64,000 nucleotides of DNA from a virus (taxonomy: Duplodnaviria > Caudoviricetes): IMG/VR virus record IMGVR_UViG_2935054407_000001, positions 32,001 to 96,000 of that record. One strand, 5' to 3'. Shown piece after piece: positions 26,768-35,926 of this stretch (position 1 is its first letter; each line of letters begins with the position of its first letter). The translations under genes were made by a program, and so were the position numbers. The notes below the pieces were generated by a model that was given only the letters and a program-made list of their open reading frames with translations, made no database searches and had not been told where the DNA came from.

Positions 26768-27069
26768 TCCACCTCCTTCAGGGGGATCCCGTCGGCCTTG
26801 GCCTCTTGCCGCAATTTGTGCCGGTCGTGAGGAAGCATTCCGCCCCACACGCCCGCGCTTTCGTTATTGACACAAGCAAATCGAAGGCAGTAATCCCGGA
26901 CCGGGCAAGGGCCTTCGTAGATGTCACTGCCGTTGCAGACCCCCAAAACCTCGTCGTACTGCGAGGTGTCGAACCAGGGATCTTCCTTCTCGCTCGGCCG
27001 AGCGTGCCGCACGCATCGCGCACCGCGTCCGGCCCAGTCGATCGATGGGATTCGGAGCCGCAGAACCAC
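26680..27069 (-). CDS. whiB: WhiB-family transcription factor
   Basis: Four Cys (C..C..CPVRDYC) and GVWGG. Confidence 0.88.
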   Translation of the reverse strand: MVLRLRIPSIDWAGRGARCVRHARPSEKEDPWFDTSQYDEVLGVCNGSDIYEGPCPVRDYCLRFACVNNESAGVWGGMLPHDRHKLRQEAKADGIPLKEVEWEWHPPTEPDAPEEEILAAAADEEDDQP

Positions 27070-27371
27070 TACTCACCGACCAGCTCGTGCAAGTCCTCGT
27101 CGGCGATGACGTCCCACTTTCGGCCGCACATCTCGATTTGGAACATCATGGTCCGGCCGTCCAGGAGAGCGATCTTCTCCGCTTCCCTCAGCTCCTTGTC
27201 GGTGAGCCGATAGGAGGCGGCGGAGGTGGTCTTGCACTCGATGGAGAAACGCGCGGAGCGCACGTCGTTCTTTCGCACCCAGCCGTTTCCAGAACCCGAG
27301 TTTTGCGTGCCGCCCCATTTCTTGGCCGTGCTCTTCTCCTGGGACTGAGACGCCTTGTGGATTTCGCTCAT
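27069..27371 (-). CDS. PD-(D/E)xK Holliday junction resolvase-like protein
   Basis: QE, SGSG, KNDV, IECK. Confidence 0.75.
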   Translation of the reverse strand: MSEIHKASQSQEKSTAKKWGGTQNSGSGNGWVRKNDVRSARFSIECKTTSAASYRLTDKELREAEKIALLDGRTMMFQIEMCGRKWDVIADEDLHELVGE

Positions 27372-27601
27372 GCCGCGCTCCAGAGCGCCGGGAGTTCAGC
27401 GGGACGTGCGAATCCCCAGATTTTCTGGTTCCCGGACTCCGACAGCACCGTCATGCCGATGCTCTCGGGGTCCTGGCAGCCGGTGGCCTGCCGCTGGTGT
27501 GCGTCGAAGGTGCTGACGCTGGAGAAGGTCAGGTGACAGCCAGCACAGTGAGCGCGGGAAGTCCCGCTCCACTTCGCAGGACAGCCTCCACAGGTGAGCA
27601 T
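27368..27601 (-). CDS. zinc-finger protein (FDxH type)
   Basis: CGGC, HCAGCH.TF, FDAH, C. Confidence 0.7.
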   Translation of the reverse strand: MLTCGGCPAKWSGTSRAHCAGCHLTFSSVSTFDAHQRQATGCQDPESIGMTVLSESGNQKIWGFARPAELPALWSAA

Positions 27602-27720
27602 CAGAACATCACCAGCACGAGGACGAGCAGGACGATGGCGAGCAGAGCGATGGTGCCGCCGACAGCAGCCAGGAAGAAGCGGTTCTCCTTGTCCACCTGG
27701 TCTTGACGGTGGGCGCTCAT
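27601..27720 (-). CDS. 39-aa single-TM peptide
   Basis: MSAHRQ...FFLAAVGGTIALLAIVLLVLVLVMF; coupled to genes on both sides. Confidence 0.65.
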   Translation of the reverse strand: MSAHRQDQVDKENRFFLAAVGGTIALLAIVLLVLVLVMF

Positions 27721-27992
27721 CGAGCCACCTCCGGGTGGGGGTGGCCGTAGTCACATGACACCGATCCCTCGCGGTAGCCGGTGTAGGTGATGCAGGTGAC
27801 GTACCAGCCGTCCGACAGTTGGACCTGGTGCTCGCCCCAGTTCTGTGTGCCAGCCGCGTCGGTGGTGGTGCTCATCCAGCTCGTGTGGACGCGCGTCTGA
27901 TTCGGCTCCGTGGTGGCAGCCTGGGGGGTCGCGCACGAGGCGAGGCCCAGGAGGGCGCCAGTGGCGGCGGCGATCAGCAGTCCGGTCTTCAC
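27717..27992 (-). CDS. lipoprotein
   Basis: Signal peptide with LASC lipobox. Confidence 0.7.
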   Translation of the reverse strand: MKTGLLIAAATGALLGLASCATPQAATTEPNQTRVHTSWMSTTTDAAGTQNWGEHQVQLSDGWYVTCITYTGYREGSVSCDYGHPHPEVAR

Positions 27993-28084
27993 GTCCGGTC
28001 CCTCCAAAAGCACATGTAGTAGAAGGCCAGAAGGAAGACGAGGAAAGCGCTGAAGCGCAGCAAGGAGGCCAGCTCAGGATCCAT
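27989..28084 (-). CDS. 31-aa single-TM peptide
   Basis: MDPELASLLRFSAFLVFLLAFYYMCFWRDRT. Confidence 0.55.
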   Translation of the reverse strand: MDPELASLLRFSAFLVFLLAFYYMCFWRDRT

Positions 28085-28112
28085 CACTTGCCCGCTTTCA
28101 CGGTCGGGGCCG

Positions 28113-28553
28113 TCACGGCTGCCAGTCCAACGATGAGAGCGCGCTCCACGAGGGGTCCTCCATGATCTGGTTGAGTAGTTCGATCGCCTGGCGGCGGAAG
28201 TCTTCGGTCTTGTTCGGCTCGCCGGACGGCCACTGAAGGACTTTGAGGTAGTCCCGCATCGCGCGGGCGTTGTGCTTCCAGGCGATGTCCCGGCGAATCG
28301 CGGCTAGGAGTTGGTCGGCCTGTTCCTGGGTTCGGCAGACGGCGGCGAGGTAGCAACCGGAGCAGCCCGCTAGGTTGACCACGCCGTACAGGCCCAGCGC
28401 GGAGCGGAGCAGGAGACGGGTGTTGCCTCGGTAGAAGCCGTCTTCGACACGGAGGAGCACGTCATGTCCGAGGACGCGGATGAACTCCTCCAGGCCCCCG
28501 AATTCGTCGGCCCACTCCAGCTCGCTCACTGAACGCTTTTCCAGAGGATCCAC
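28113..28553 (-). CDS. hypothetical protein
   Basis: 146-aa ORF with GCSGC motif. Confidence 0.65.
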   Translation of the reverse strand: MDPLEKRSVSELEWADEFGGLEEFIRVLGHDVLLRVEDGFYRGNTRLLLRSALGLYGVVNLAGCSGCYLAAVCRTQEQADQLLAAIRRDIAWKHNARAMRDYLKVLQWPSGEPNKTEDFRRQAIELLNQIMEDPSWSALSSLDWQP

Positions 28554-28627
28554 AGGCCGAGCAGGAAGGAGATGAAGTAGAAAACGCCTACGACCGCGAA
28601 GAAGCCGACGGTGATATCCCAGATCAT
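28526..28627 (-). CDS. 33-aa membrane peptide
   Basis: MIWDITVGFFAVVGVFYFISFLLGLW; ATGA overlap with recA. Confidence 0.6.
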   Translation of the reverse strand: MIWDITVGFFAVVGVFYFISFLLGLWILWKSVQ

Positions 28628-29697
28628 GCTGATTCCAGCTCTCTCATGCGCTCGGAGTCGGGCTTGGCCGCCTCGATGAGGATTTTTGCCCGCAGTTCTT
28701 CCTGGAGATCGACCTCTTCGCGGATGCTGGCAAGAAGCTCGTCTTTGCCCTTCCACTTTCGATCGCCGTAGGTGTAGATGGCCCCGCCGCGCCGGATGAC
28801 GTCGTACAGGACGGCGTACACTAGGAATTCCTTGGCGAGGTCGTAGTCCCCGACGGAGAAACCCAGAACAGGGGCGTCACCGAAGTAGAAGTCCACGCTC
28901 GCGATCCTCTGCGGGGGCGCGGATTTGTTCTTCACGGTCTTCAGTTTGATGACCTGGCCGACGCGTACCTTGCCCTTTCCAGGGCGGGCCTCGTCGATGA
29001 ACTCGTCTCGCGTGATCTCGACCCGGCACCAAAAACTGTAGTTCTTGGCCTTGCCTCCGGGACTCGTTTTCGGCGTGCCTCGGGGGCTGTACTGGCCGAT
29101 CGCATCACGCCACTGGTTGATGAAGAAGCAGGTGATGGCGCGGTCGTTTCCGTCCATGCTGCGGATCATCGCTTCGCCGACTTTCCGGAAGAACTTCCCG
29201 GTCAGTCTCGCGCCGACCGCCATGACTGCCTCCGCCATGTCCTTTTCGGCTTCCTCAGAAGCGACCAGGGCAGGGTAGGAGTCCAGGACGATGCAGTCCA
29301 CGGTGCGCGATGCGGCGAATTCCAGAATGGTCTGGTAGGCGAATTCCATAGCCTGCGTGGGGATTACAATGACACGGTCATTGTCCACGCCCAGCTCTTC
29401 AGCGCGTTCCTTGTTGTAGTGCTCGGCGGCGATCCAGAGCGTAGTAAACGCGGGATCGAGAGCCTGGTTGGCAGCGATCGTCTTGAGGACAATCGTCGTC
29501 TTACCGTGGCTTTCCTGTCCGATGATCTCGGTCCACTTGTTGACGGGCCAGCCGCCGCCGAGCGCTACGTCCAGGGCGAGGGACCCGCTCGTGATGTACG
29601 AGCCCGCAGCAATGTTGGAAGCCAGGGTGATGGAATTCTCCCCATGCGCCTTCCGAACCTTTGCGATCAGAGCGAGCGCATCACTATCGAGTCCCAA
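28624..29697 (-). CDS. recA: RecA-like recombinase
   Basis: GSLALDVALGGG, GQESHGKTT, FINQ.R, SPGGKA. Confidence 0.93.
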   Translation of the reverse strand: MGLDSDALALIAKVRKAHGENSITLASNIAAGSYITSGSLALDVALGGGWPVNKWTEIIGQESHGKTTIVLKTIAANQALDPAFTTLWIAAEHYNKERAEELGVDNDRVIVIPTQAMEFAYQTILEFAASRTVDCIVLDSYPALVASEEAEKDMAEAVMAVGARLTGKFFRKVGEAMIRSMDGNDRAITCFFINQWRDAIGQYSPRGTPKTSPGGKAKNYSFWCRVEITRDEFIDEARPGKGKVRVGQVIKLKTVKNKSAPPQRIASVDFYFGDAPVLGFSVGDYDLAKEFLVYAVLYDVIRRGGAIYTYGDRKWKGKDELLASIREEVDLQEELRAKILIEAAKPDSERMRELESA

Positions 29698-29781
29698 TTT
29701 ACTTCCCCTCAGGAGGTGTACGTATCTACGCTATGAGGTCGAAGTGGGGCATCTCCACTAACCTAGTAACTGGTTAAATGG

Positions 29782-29813
29782 GAAAATCCCCGCACGGCGA
29801 GCACGGGGATTCT
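29782..29813 (-). terminator. terminator after the RNR gene
   Basis: GAATCCCCG...CGGGGATTTT. Confidence 0.7.
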
Positions 29814-29830
29814 CAGGGAAATGGCTGTGA

Positions 29831-31957
29831 TTACCTCACATCGCACCCGTCGGCAGTGCAGGCGAACTCCTGGCTTCCGGTGGTGCCGTCCTCGTTCTCG
29901 TAGAAGATCAGGTCGGCCCAGCGGACATCCGGCATGGCCGCGACGGCGGCTTCGTACTCCTCCTTGGTGATCTCCTGGTAGGGGGCCTGCGCGTAGGTGT
30001 GATCGCTGAAGGGGAGGAAGGCGACGCCGGACAGGTCGGCGCGGTGCGTCCAGACCCATTCGCGGACCGTGTCCCACTCGTAGGTGAAGGAAATCAGGGA
30101 GCGCAGGTGGTCCAGGATGAGCGTGCCGCTCGTGGGGTCGTAGTCTTTGAGCAGGTCCGGATTCTCGCCGACCATCTGCATGATCGTGACCTTGTCCTCC
30201 ACGGACAGCGCACTCGCGATGAGCCGCAGCGCGAGGTCTTCGGGGAAGGGGCCGGGGTCGGTGATGGTCGCGCCGCGCACGCTGACGGTGATGGACGGCT
30301 TGTGCTCGCACCAGTGCTTCTGGAACGCCAGCCACAGCTCCAGGTGCTCGATGGCGGTCATCTTGTCGCGCGTCAGCGCACCGGCCGGGGCCTTCATGGG
30401 GAAGGTGAAGACCCAGTTGCTCGGCTGCATGACGTCGCGCTCGTGCGGAATTCCGGCGTCGATCATCATGGCGGCCAGCGGGTCCCTCTCATCAGCGCGG
30501 ACGGTCCGCAGGTAGTACTCCGCGTGGTAGCCGTGGATGCCTGCCGAGACGCCTGCGGCGGAGGAGGCGGTGCCGGAGGGCTTGACGCAGGTGGCGGCGG
30601 CGGAGGCGGGGATGCCGATGCTCTCAGCCAGATTGAGGTTGACCCAGCGGACCTCCTCGCGCAGGTCCTCCAGCTCGTCCCAGGCCCAGGGGTCTCCCTG
30701 ACCGGCGGCTACCAAGTTCGCGGAGTTGACGATGCCGGTCTGGGAGACGCCCAGCAGCCTCTCTTCTTCCGCGTTCAGGATCCACTCGCGCCGGACGAAG
30801 TGGAAGTCCGTCAAGGTGGCCTGCCAGGTGCCGAGAATCGCCGCGAGTCGGGCCTTGCGCAGCAGGTCGTTATGGGTGTCGGTGGCCTGGACGACGATCT
30901 CAGACAGATTGCACAGGCCGTAGGGGCGCATGACGATCTCGCTACAGGGGTTGACCCCGTACTCGATGTCAGCGCTCCGGCGGCCCCAGCGCGAGGCGGT
31001 CCGGCGCAGGGCATCACGGTTGATCAGGCCACGCTCACCGCTGCCGCTGGCGACGAGGTTGTCCCACTCGGCGTCGAACTGCGGGCGGGTGATGGTGTCA
31101 TCGATGACCGCGCTGTTGTTGGCCAGGGCGCGATGGGGAGAGGCCACCCACCACTCCCCCGATTTCGCGGTGGCCATCTCGGAATCGTCCAGGTCCGACA
31201 GCGAGATCATCGCCGACCGGCGCACGCCGCCCACGACGACGACGGACGCCACCTTGCAGGCCAGATCGTGGACTTCGAGGCTCGTGAGTCGGCGGCCTCG
31301 CGCGGTGTGGAGCAAGTTGGCCGTGTAGGAGAAGAGCTGGCGCAGCGGCTCGGGGCCAGAGGCGCGGCCACCGAACGTCTTCAGTCGGGAACCGGCCGGG
31401 CGAATGAGCGACAGGTCACAATGGGGCACCTCACCCCTGGTCCAGACGGCCTGCAAGAAAGTGCGGAAAGCGATGGCCCAGCCTTCCTTGCTGTCGTCCA
31501 CGATGATGGTGGTTCCAGGCGAGATGTTGAAATTCTTCGCGACGGGCGGGAGCTTGCTCACATACCGGTTCTCCACCGAAAATCCCACGCCGGTACCGCA
31601 CATGAGGATGTAGAGGATCTCGCTGAAAGACTCCATGTCCGCGATCGGCAGGTACGCGCAGTTGTACGCCGCCAGGTTCTCACGCTTCAGCGCCGGACCG
31701 GCCGTCATAAGGGCACGCATGCTCGGGAGGACTTCCATCTCCCGAATTGCCTCGCGAACCTCGTGGTAGTCGTCGCTCGGGACCACGTAACCGAACTTCT
31801 CCATCAGGTGCGTGGACATGAAGGTCATGTAGCGGTCCACGGTTTCCGCCCACGTCTCGCGACGGCCTTCCTCTTCCAGCCACCTCGCGTAGCGGGAAAG
31901 GACGATGTAGTTGCGGAATGGATCCTTCAGGGAGCCATCGGCGTTAAGAATGGTCAC
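29831..31957 (-). CDS. nrdJ: class II (adenosylcobalamin-dependent) ribonucleotide reductase
   Basis: PSMR, YNC, VVGGVRRSA, NPCSEI, TCVKPSGT, C-terminal ACTADGC. Confidence 0.92.
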   Translation of the reverse strand: MTILNADGSLKDPFRNYIVLSRYARWLEEEGRRETWAETVDRYMTFMSTHLMEKFGYVVPSDDYHEVREAIREMEVLPSMRALMTAGPALKRENLAAYNCAYLPIADMESFSEILYILMCGTGVGFSVENRYVSKLPPVAKNFNISPGTTIIVDDSKEGWAIAFRTFLQAVWTRGEVPHCDLSLIRPAGSRLKTFGGRASGPEPLRQLFSYTANLLHTARGRRLTSLEVHDLACKVASVVVVGGVRRSAMISLSDLDDSEMATAKSGEWWVASPHRALANNSAVIDDTITRPQFDAEWDNLVASGSGERGLINRDALRRTASRWGRRSADIEYGVNPCSEIVMRPYGLCNLSEIVVQATDTHNDLLRKARLAAILGTWQATLTDFHFVRREWILNAEEERLLGVSQTGIVNSANLVAAGQGDPWAWDELEDLREEVRWVNLNLAESIGIPASAAATCVKPSGTASSAAGVSAGIHGYHAEYYLRTVRADERDPLAAMMIDAGIPHERDVMQPSNWVFTFPMKAPAGALTRDKMTAIEHLELWLAFQKHWCEHKPSITVSVRGATITDPGPFPEDLALRLIASALSVEDKVTIMQMVGENPDLLKDYDPTSGTLILDHLRSLISFTYEWDTVREWVWTHRADLSGVAFLPFSDHTYAQAPYQEITKEEYEAAVAAMPDVRWADLIFYENEDGTTGSQEFACTADGCDVR

Positions 31958-31990
31958 AGAAAGCGGCTTTCTCTACGAAATTGCGGGGGG

Positions 31991-32425
31991 TTAGCGAACC
32001 GAGCCGTCGTCGCCAATGTGGGCGAAGACATTTCCGAAGCTGAAGTTGTTCGCGGTGGACACCTGCCGGGCGGACTCAACAGGCACGCTCGGATCCGTGG
32101 GGACGTGCATCCCGGAGGTGGAGTGCTCCACGGGGTAGCCGCAGGCGGTGCAGCGGGGCCGCATGGTCGGCTGACCGGGCACTGGCAGGAGGGTGTCCTT
32201 GTAGCAGGCCGGGCACATGGTGTCTGTGACCTGGGCCGATTTCGCCTGGTGGGGCTTGTACTCCGTCGGCTGCTCAGGCTGCTGCGGGACCTGGGGAGCC
32301 GGGGCGGGCTGCGGTCGCTGCGGGATGCCCTGCTGCCACCACGCCTGACCTGCGGCCGGGGCAGTCTGAGGAGCTGGGGCCTGCGGCGTAGCTTGCGCGA
32401 GGCGGCGCTTCCAGAAGTCGCTCAC
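31991..32425 (-). CDS. zinc-ribbon hypothetical protein
   Basis: CPAC ... CTACGYP. Confidence 0.7.
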   Translation of the reverse strand: MSDFWKRRLAQATPQAPAPQTAPAAGQAWWQQGIPQRPQPAPAPQVPQQPEQPTEYKPHQAKSAQVTDTMCPACYKDTLLPVPGQPTMRPRCTACGYPVEHSTSGMHVPTDPSVPVESARQVSTANNFSFGNVFAHIGDDGSVR

Positions 32426-32814
32426 TGCTTCTCCCGGACCATGGAGCGCAGGCCGGAAGCCTCGTCAGCCATCAGGTTGCCCAGGATCGCCGAGGAGCAC
32501 AGGGCGATGATCTGCGAGTACGAGTGCTTGAGTGCTTCGAGCTGGTCAGGCCCCAGCATCGCCAGGTCCTCTTCGTTCAGGACCCTCCCCAGGACGAGGT
32601 CTGCGCAGATGTCTGCCATGAGTTCGATGCGCGGCGCGTACTGCTCGACGGCGTCCGCGCGAGCGTGGGAGTGGGCGTGCTCCATCTCGGCGGTGTCTGC
32701 GCTGGGCGGCGTCAGGCCCAGCTTCGTCATGCCTGCCACGGCCTCGTCGCACGGGAGCAGGTCAAACGCGAGACGGGTGCCGTACATGGGCTTGGCGTTG
32801 ACGTAGTGAGTCAT
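32422..32814 (-). CDS. hypothetical protein
   Basis: Coupled ORF. Confidence 0.7.
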   Translation of the reverse strand: MTHYVNAKPMYGTRLAFDLLPCDEAVAGMTKLGLTPPSADTAEMEHAHSHARADAVEQYAPRIELMADICADLVLGRVLNEEDLAMLGPDQLEALKHSYSQIIALCSSAILGNLMADEASGLRSMVREKQ

Positions 32815-34772
32815 TATTCTTTAGCCTCCGACCAGCGGTCTACGATTTTGATGTCTGATTGCAAGGGGACGGATAGGAGAGACTGAATCCCGGCGCCGAG
32901 CATTCCTTCGCGGATTGCTTCGACAGCTTTTTCGACCAAATGGTCTGGAACTAGTGTGACCAATTCATCGTGAACAGTGAGAATCAGCTTCGCTTCTTCG
33001 GGGAGTTCGGCGTGCGTTCGCACCATCGCGATTTTGATGATGTCTGCCGCTGATCCCTGGATGTGGCTGTTGATGATCTGCCGCTCTGCCTTGAGCCGAA
33101 TCCACTTGGCGGGCGAGAGCAGGTCAGGAACCCGCCGAATTCGGCCGGTGAGGGTGCGGATGTGGCACGGTCGGCGTGAGCGCGCCACTTCGAGAAGCTT
33201 GGCCTTGTAGGCGTAGATCTCCGGGAATCCCTGCTTGTGCAGGGCGATGATTCCCTCTGCCTCGCGGAGCGGGATTTTCGCCACTTCGGCAAGGAGGTGT
33301 TCGCCCCCGCCATATCCGATCAGGAAGTTAATTCGCTTCCCATAATCGGTGCGCTGAGTGCCGGTCACCTGGTCGTGAGGGAGCTTGAGGATCCCGGCGG
33401 CGGTGATGGTGTGCGGGTCAATGCCTGCCTGGAAACCCTCGAAGAGAGCGCCGGGTCCGGCGAAATGCGCGAGGACGCGAAGCTCAATCTGGCTGTAGTC
33501 GGCGATGATGAGCTTGTATCCGGGAGGCGCGATGAACAGGCCCCGGATCCTCTTGCCCAGGTCGGTGTTCGGGCGGGGGATGTTCTGAAGGTTGGGCTCG
33601 GAGGAGCTGAATCTTCCGGTGACCGTGCCGTACTGCTTGAAGTTGGTGTGGATCCGGCCGGAGTGGATCTGGCAGGGCCGGTCCTTGGCCGTCGGGTCTC
33701 CCAGGTAGCCGTAGACGTAGGTGGACAGCAGCTTGTTGGTCTCTTTGTAGGTCAGCAGCGCGTCCACGACCGGGTTTCCCGCGTGCTTGGCCAGCTCGTC
33801 GGCGTCGGTGGTGTAGTCGAGCTGGGTGATGCGCTCTCCGGCCTGCTTCTTCTTCTTGCCGCCGCTGGTGAGCTTGTGCGGCTTGATGCCCTGGCCGCCC
33901 CGATTCTGCGGGTAGTAGAGCACCTCGGCGACCTGGCGCGCGGCGTTGAGGTTGAACGCCTTCCCGGCCGCGCGGTAGACGTCGGCCTCCTGCTGCTCGA
34001 CCAGCGTTTCCAGGTGCTCGCGCAGATCGTGGAGCGCGGGAACGTCGAGCGGTGCGCCTTCCTGCCCCATGGCCAGCAGCACTTCCAGGACGTCCATCTC
34101 CAGGTGGAAGACCGGGAAGAGACGCTGCTCTGCCATCTGGGCCAGATTGCGGTTGCGCAGCCAGCGTGTGAAGCGGGTGTCGAGCAGGTTGTATCGGGCG
34201 ACCTTGTCAAAAGCCGTGCTAGCGATGTGCTTGCCGGTGTGGCCCTGGTCGTAGTCGGAGCCGAATTCCTCGCGCACGCGGGGCTTCAGGCCGTTCAGGC
34301 GGTTCTCGTCGAGCAGCCAGCTCGATACCAGCGTGCAGTGAAAGGGCGGCTTCGGCAGTTCACCGCCACGGTGCTTGGCGATGCTGATGGCATCGAAGCT
34401 GAGGTTCTGGGCGATCTTCTCGCGGTCGCTCTCGAAGAGGTCGAAGGTCTCCTCGAAGACGATCGACGGCCGGAGCTGGGCGGGCGGCTCGTCCCAGACG
34501 GGGACACGGAAGTAGCGCACCTTGCCGTTTTTGTCGGCCCTAGGTTCCTTGGTCTCCCCGATGATCCTGCTGCCGATCGGGTGACGCATGGGGATGACGG
34601 CGTCCACGCCGGGCGCGGAAAAGGCGATCCAGGCGACGTCGTTGCGGACGGGCGTGGTCGCGTAGGGGCCGATGGTCTCGATGTCCCACGAGAAGTGGTC
34701 GTGCCGGGAGATCTCTTTGATGACGTGCCGCAGGTGCTCGACGTCGTAGACGATGTTGCTGGCGAGGCGCAT
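32814..34772 (-). CDS. polA: family A DNA polymerase with 3'-5' exonuclease domain
   Basis: WDIET, TGRFSSSEPNLQNIP, ADYSQIELR, K.INF.I.YG, VHDE. Confidence 0.95.
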   Translation of the reverse strand: MRLASNIVYDVEHLRHVIKEISRHDHFSWDIETIGPYATTPVRNDVAWIAFSAPGVDAVIPMRHPIGSRIIGETKEPRADKNGKVRYFRVPVWDEPPAQLRPSIVFEETFDLFESDREKIAQNLSFDAISIAKHRGGELPKPPFHCTLVSSWLLDENRLNGLKPRVREEFGSDYDQGHTGKHIASTAFDKVARYNLLDTRFTRWLRNRNLAQMAEQRLFPVFHLEMDVLEVLLAMGQEGAPLDVPALHDLREHLETLVEQQEADVYRAAGKAFNLNAARQVAEVLYYPQNRGGQGIKPHKLTSGGKKKKQAGERITQLDYTTDADELAKHAGNPVVDALLTYKETNKLLSTYVYGYLGDPTAKDRPCQIHSGRIHTNFKQYGTVTGRFSSSEPNLQNIPRPNTDLGKRIRGLFIAPPGYKLIIADYSQIELRVLAHFAGPGALFEGFQAGIDPHTITAAGILKLPHDQVTGTQRTDYGKRINFLIGYGGGEHLLAEVAKIPLREAEGIIALHKQGFPEIYAYKAKLLEVARSRRPCHIRTLTGRIRRVPDLLSPAKWIRLKAERQIINSHIQGSAADIIKIAMVRTHAELPEEAKLILTVHDELVTLVPDHLVEKAVEAIREGMLGAGIQSLLSVPLQSDIKIVDRWSEAKE

Positions 34773-34792
34773 GAGGGGCTCCGAGGGTGGAA

Positions 34793-34857
34793 CGGCCCCC
34801 ACGACCGTGCTGCCCGGCTGGGGGGTTACCGGGCAGCGGGGAAAGTCGTGGGGGCCG
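34793..34857 (-). promoter_or_regulatory. long interrupted hairpin between ssb and pol
   Basis: CGGCCCCCACGAC/GTCGTGGGGGCCG with inner stem GCTGCCCGG/CCGGGCAGC. Confidence 0.6.
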
Positions 34858-34877
34858 GGTTGAGCAGGAGGGGCTGA

Positions 34878-35672
34878 CTAAGCGGCAAGCCCGTCGGCCA
34901 GCTCCTCCAGGTCCTCTACGGGGTCGATCCGGACCTGCGTCTCGGCGGTGAAGAGGTTCGCCATCAGCGCGTCGCGCTCTTCGGCGGTGAGGGGCTCGAT
35001 GTCCCACTCATCCAGGTCGCGATCCTTGACCGGGGTGATGAAGTAGTCGTACTTGGTCCGGCCGCCGGTCTGCTTCTCCAGCCGCTTGATCGACCAGTAC
35101 AGGTCCGGCTTGCCGTCGGGGTCCCCGAAGCGGTCGATCGGGCTGCTCTTGTCGTTCTGCGCCCAGTCGTAGATCAGGTCGGAGAGCTGCACGCCAGCGC
35201 GGAGGACGACCACCTTGGGGTCGCCGTCGCTGAAATCGACGACATTGAAGAGAACGCGCAGCGCGGGCTTCTTCTGGTCCACCTCGCACAGCGGGCAGAT
35301 GTTGACTTCCTTGCCCTTGGCGTCCTTCTCCGTGCCGTGGCAGGTGTAGGACTGGCGGCCCTCACCAGCAATCCAGTGCTCGCGGTAGACGGCGAAGGGA
35401 TCGGACTGAAGGAAGGCGATGATCTGGGCTTTGGTGCTGACCTTCAGCGGGTCGCCGTAGCTCTTGCCGCCCTTCTTCTTCTCCGCGTTGTATCCGCCCC
35501 AGCCGCCCGTGGCGGAGGAGGTGCTGGTGTCGCGCTTGTTCTGGCTGGGGGTGCGGGCGGGGTGTCGGCGGGCGGAGGCGGTGCGCTCGGTGGCCTCGTC
35601 GTCGGTCTCCGGCTCGGGGGTGTACTGGCTGGCGGTGGGGGTCGCGCTGCGGCGCGAAATGGTGCGGGCCAT
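34878..35672 (-). CDS. ssDNA-binding protein (gp32-like)
   Basis: EHW, YTC..CPLC Zn motif, acidic tail; adjacent to pol. Confidence 0.7.
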   Translation of the reverse strand: MARTISRRSATPTASQYTPEPETDDEATERTASARRHPARTPSQNKRDTSTSSATGGWGGYNAEKKKGGKSYGDPLKVSTKAQIIAFLQSDPFAVYREHWIAGEGRQSYTCHGTEKDAKGKEVNICPLCEVDQKKPALRVLFNVVDFSDGDPKVVVLRAGVQLSDLIYDWAQNDKSSPIDRFGDPDGKPDLYWSIKRLEKQTGGRTKYDYFITPVKDRDLDEWDIEPLTAEERDALMANLFTAETQVRIDPVEDLEELADGLAA

Positions 35673-35692
35673 GGTTGGGGGGTGTGCCTTTC

Positions 35693-35926
35693 TCAGACTT
35701 GCTGGTCGTGGACGTGGGACTTGTTGATCGCCAGATCACGGAGCCGGATGATGTCGTCGGCCAGGAGGCGGTTAACCGACTCCTTGGCGCGGTTCTCAAG
35801 GTCTTCGAGCGTTGTGCCGGGCTCGTCGGGGAAGTCGGAGTCGTTCAGCTTGACCTGGTAGCTGATCTCTTCCCACTCGAAATTGCCCAGGTTGACGCGC
35901 GTTCCTCGGCGTACGGAAACTTCCAT
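35693..35926 (-). CDS. hypothetical protein
   Basis: VNLGNFE motif. Confidence 0.7.
   Translation of the reverse strand: MEVSVRRGTRVNLGNFEWEEISYQVKLNDSDFPDEPGTTLEDLENRAKESVNRLLADDIIRLRDLAINKSHVHDQQV

Noticed and set aside
12924-29773. Shared 12-mer CCAGTTACTAGG downstream of two terminators (12924 +, 29762 -)
   Set aside because: Only two copies; 12-mer matches are expected by chance in 64 kb
30083-30274. Intein in nrdJ
   Set aside because: Too short and lacks intein terminal residues; kept as an inserted domain
29999-32806. 935-aa + strand ORF and other long antisense ORFs (e.g. 33237-34877, 61095-62840)
   Set aside because: High-GC shadows of well-supported minus-strand genes
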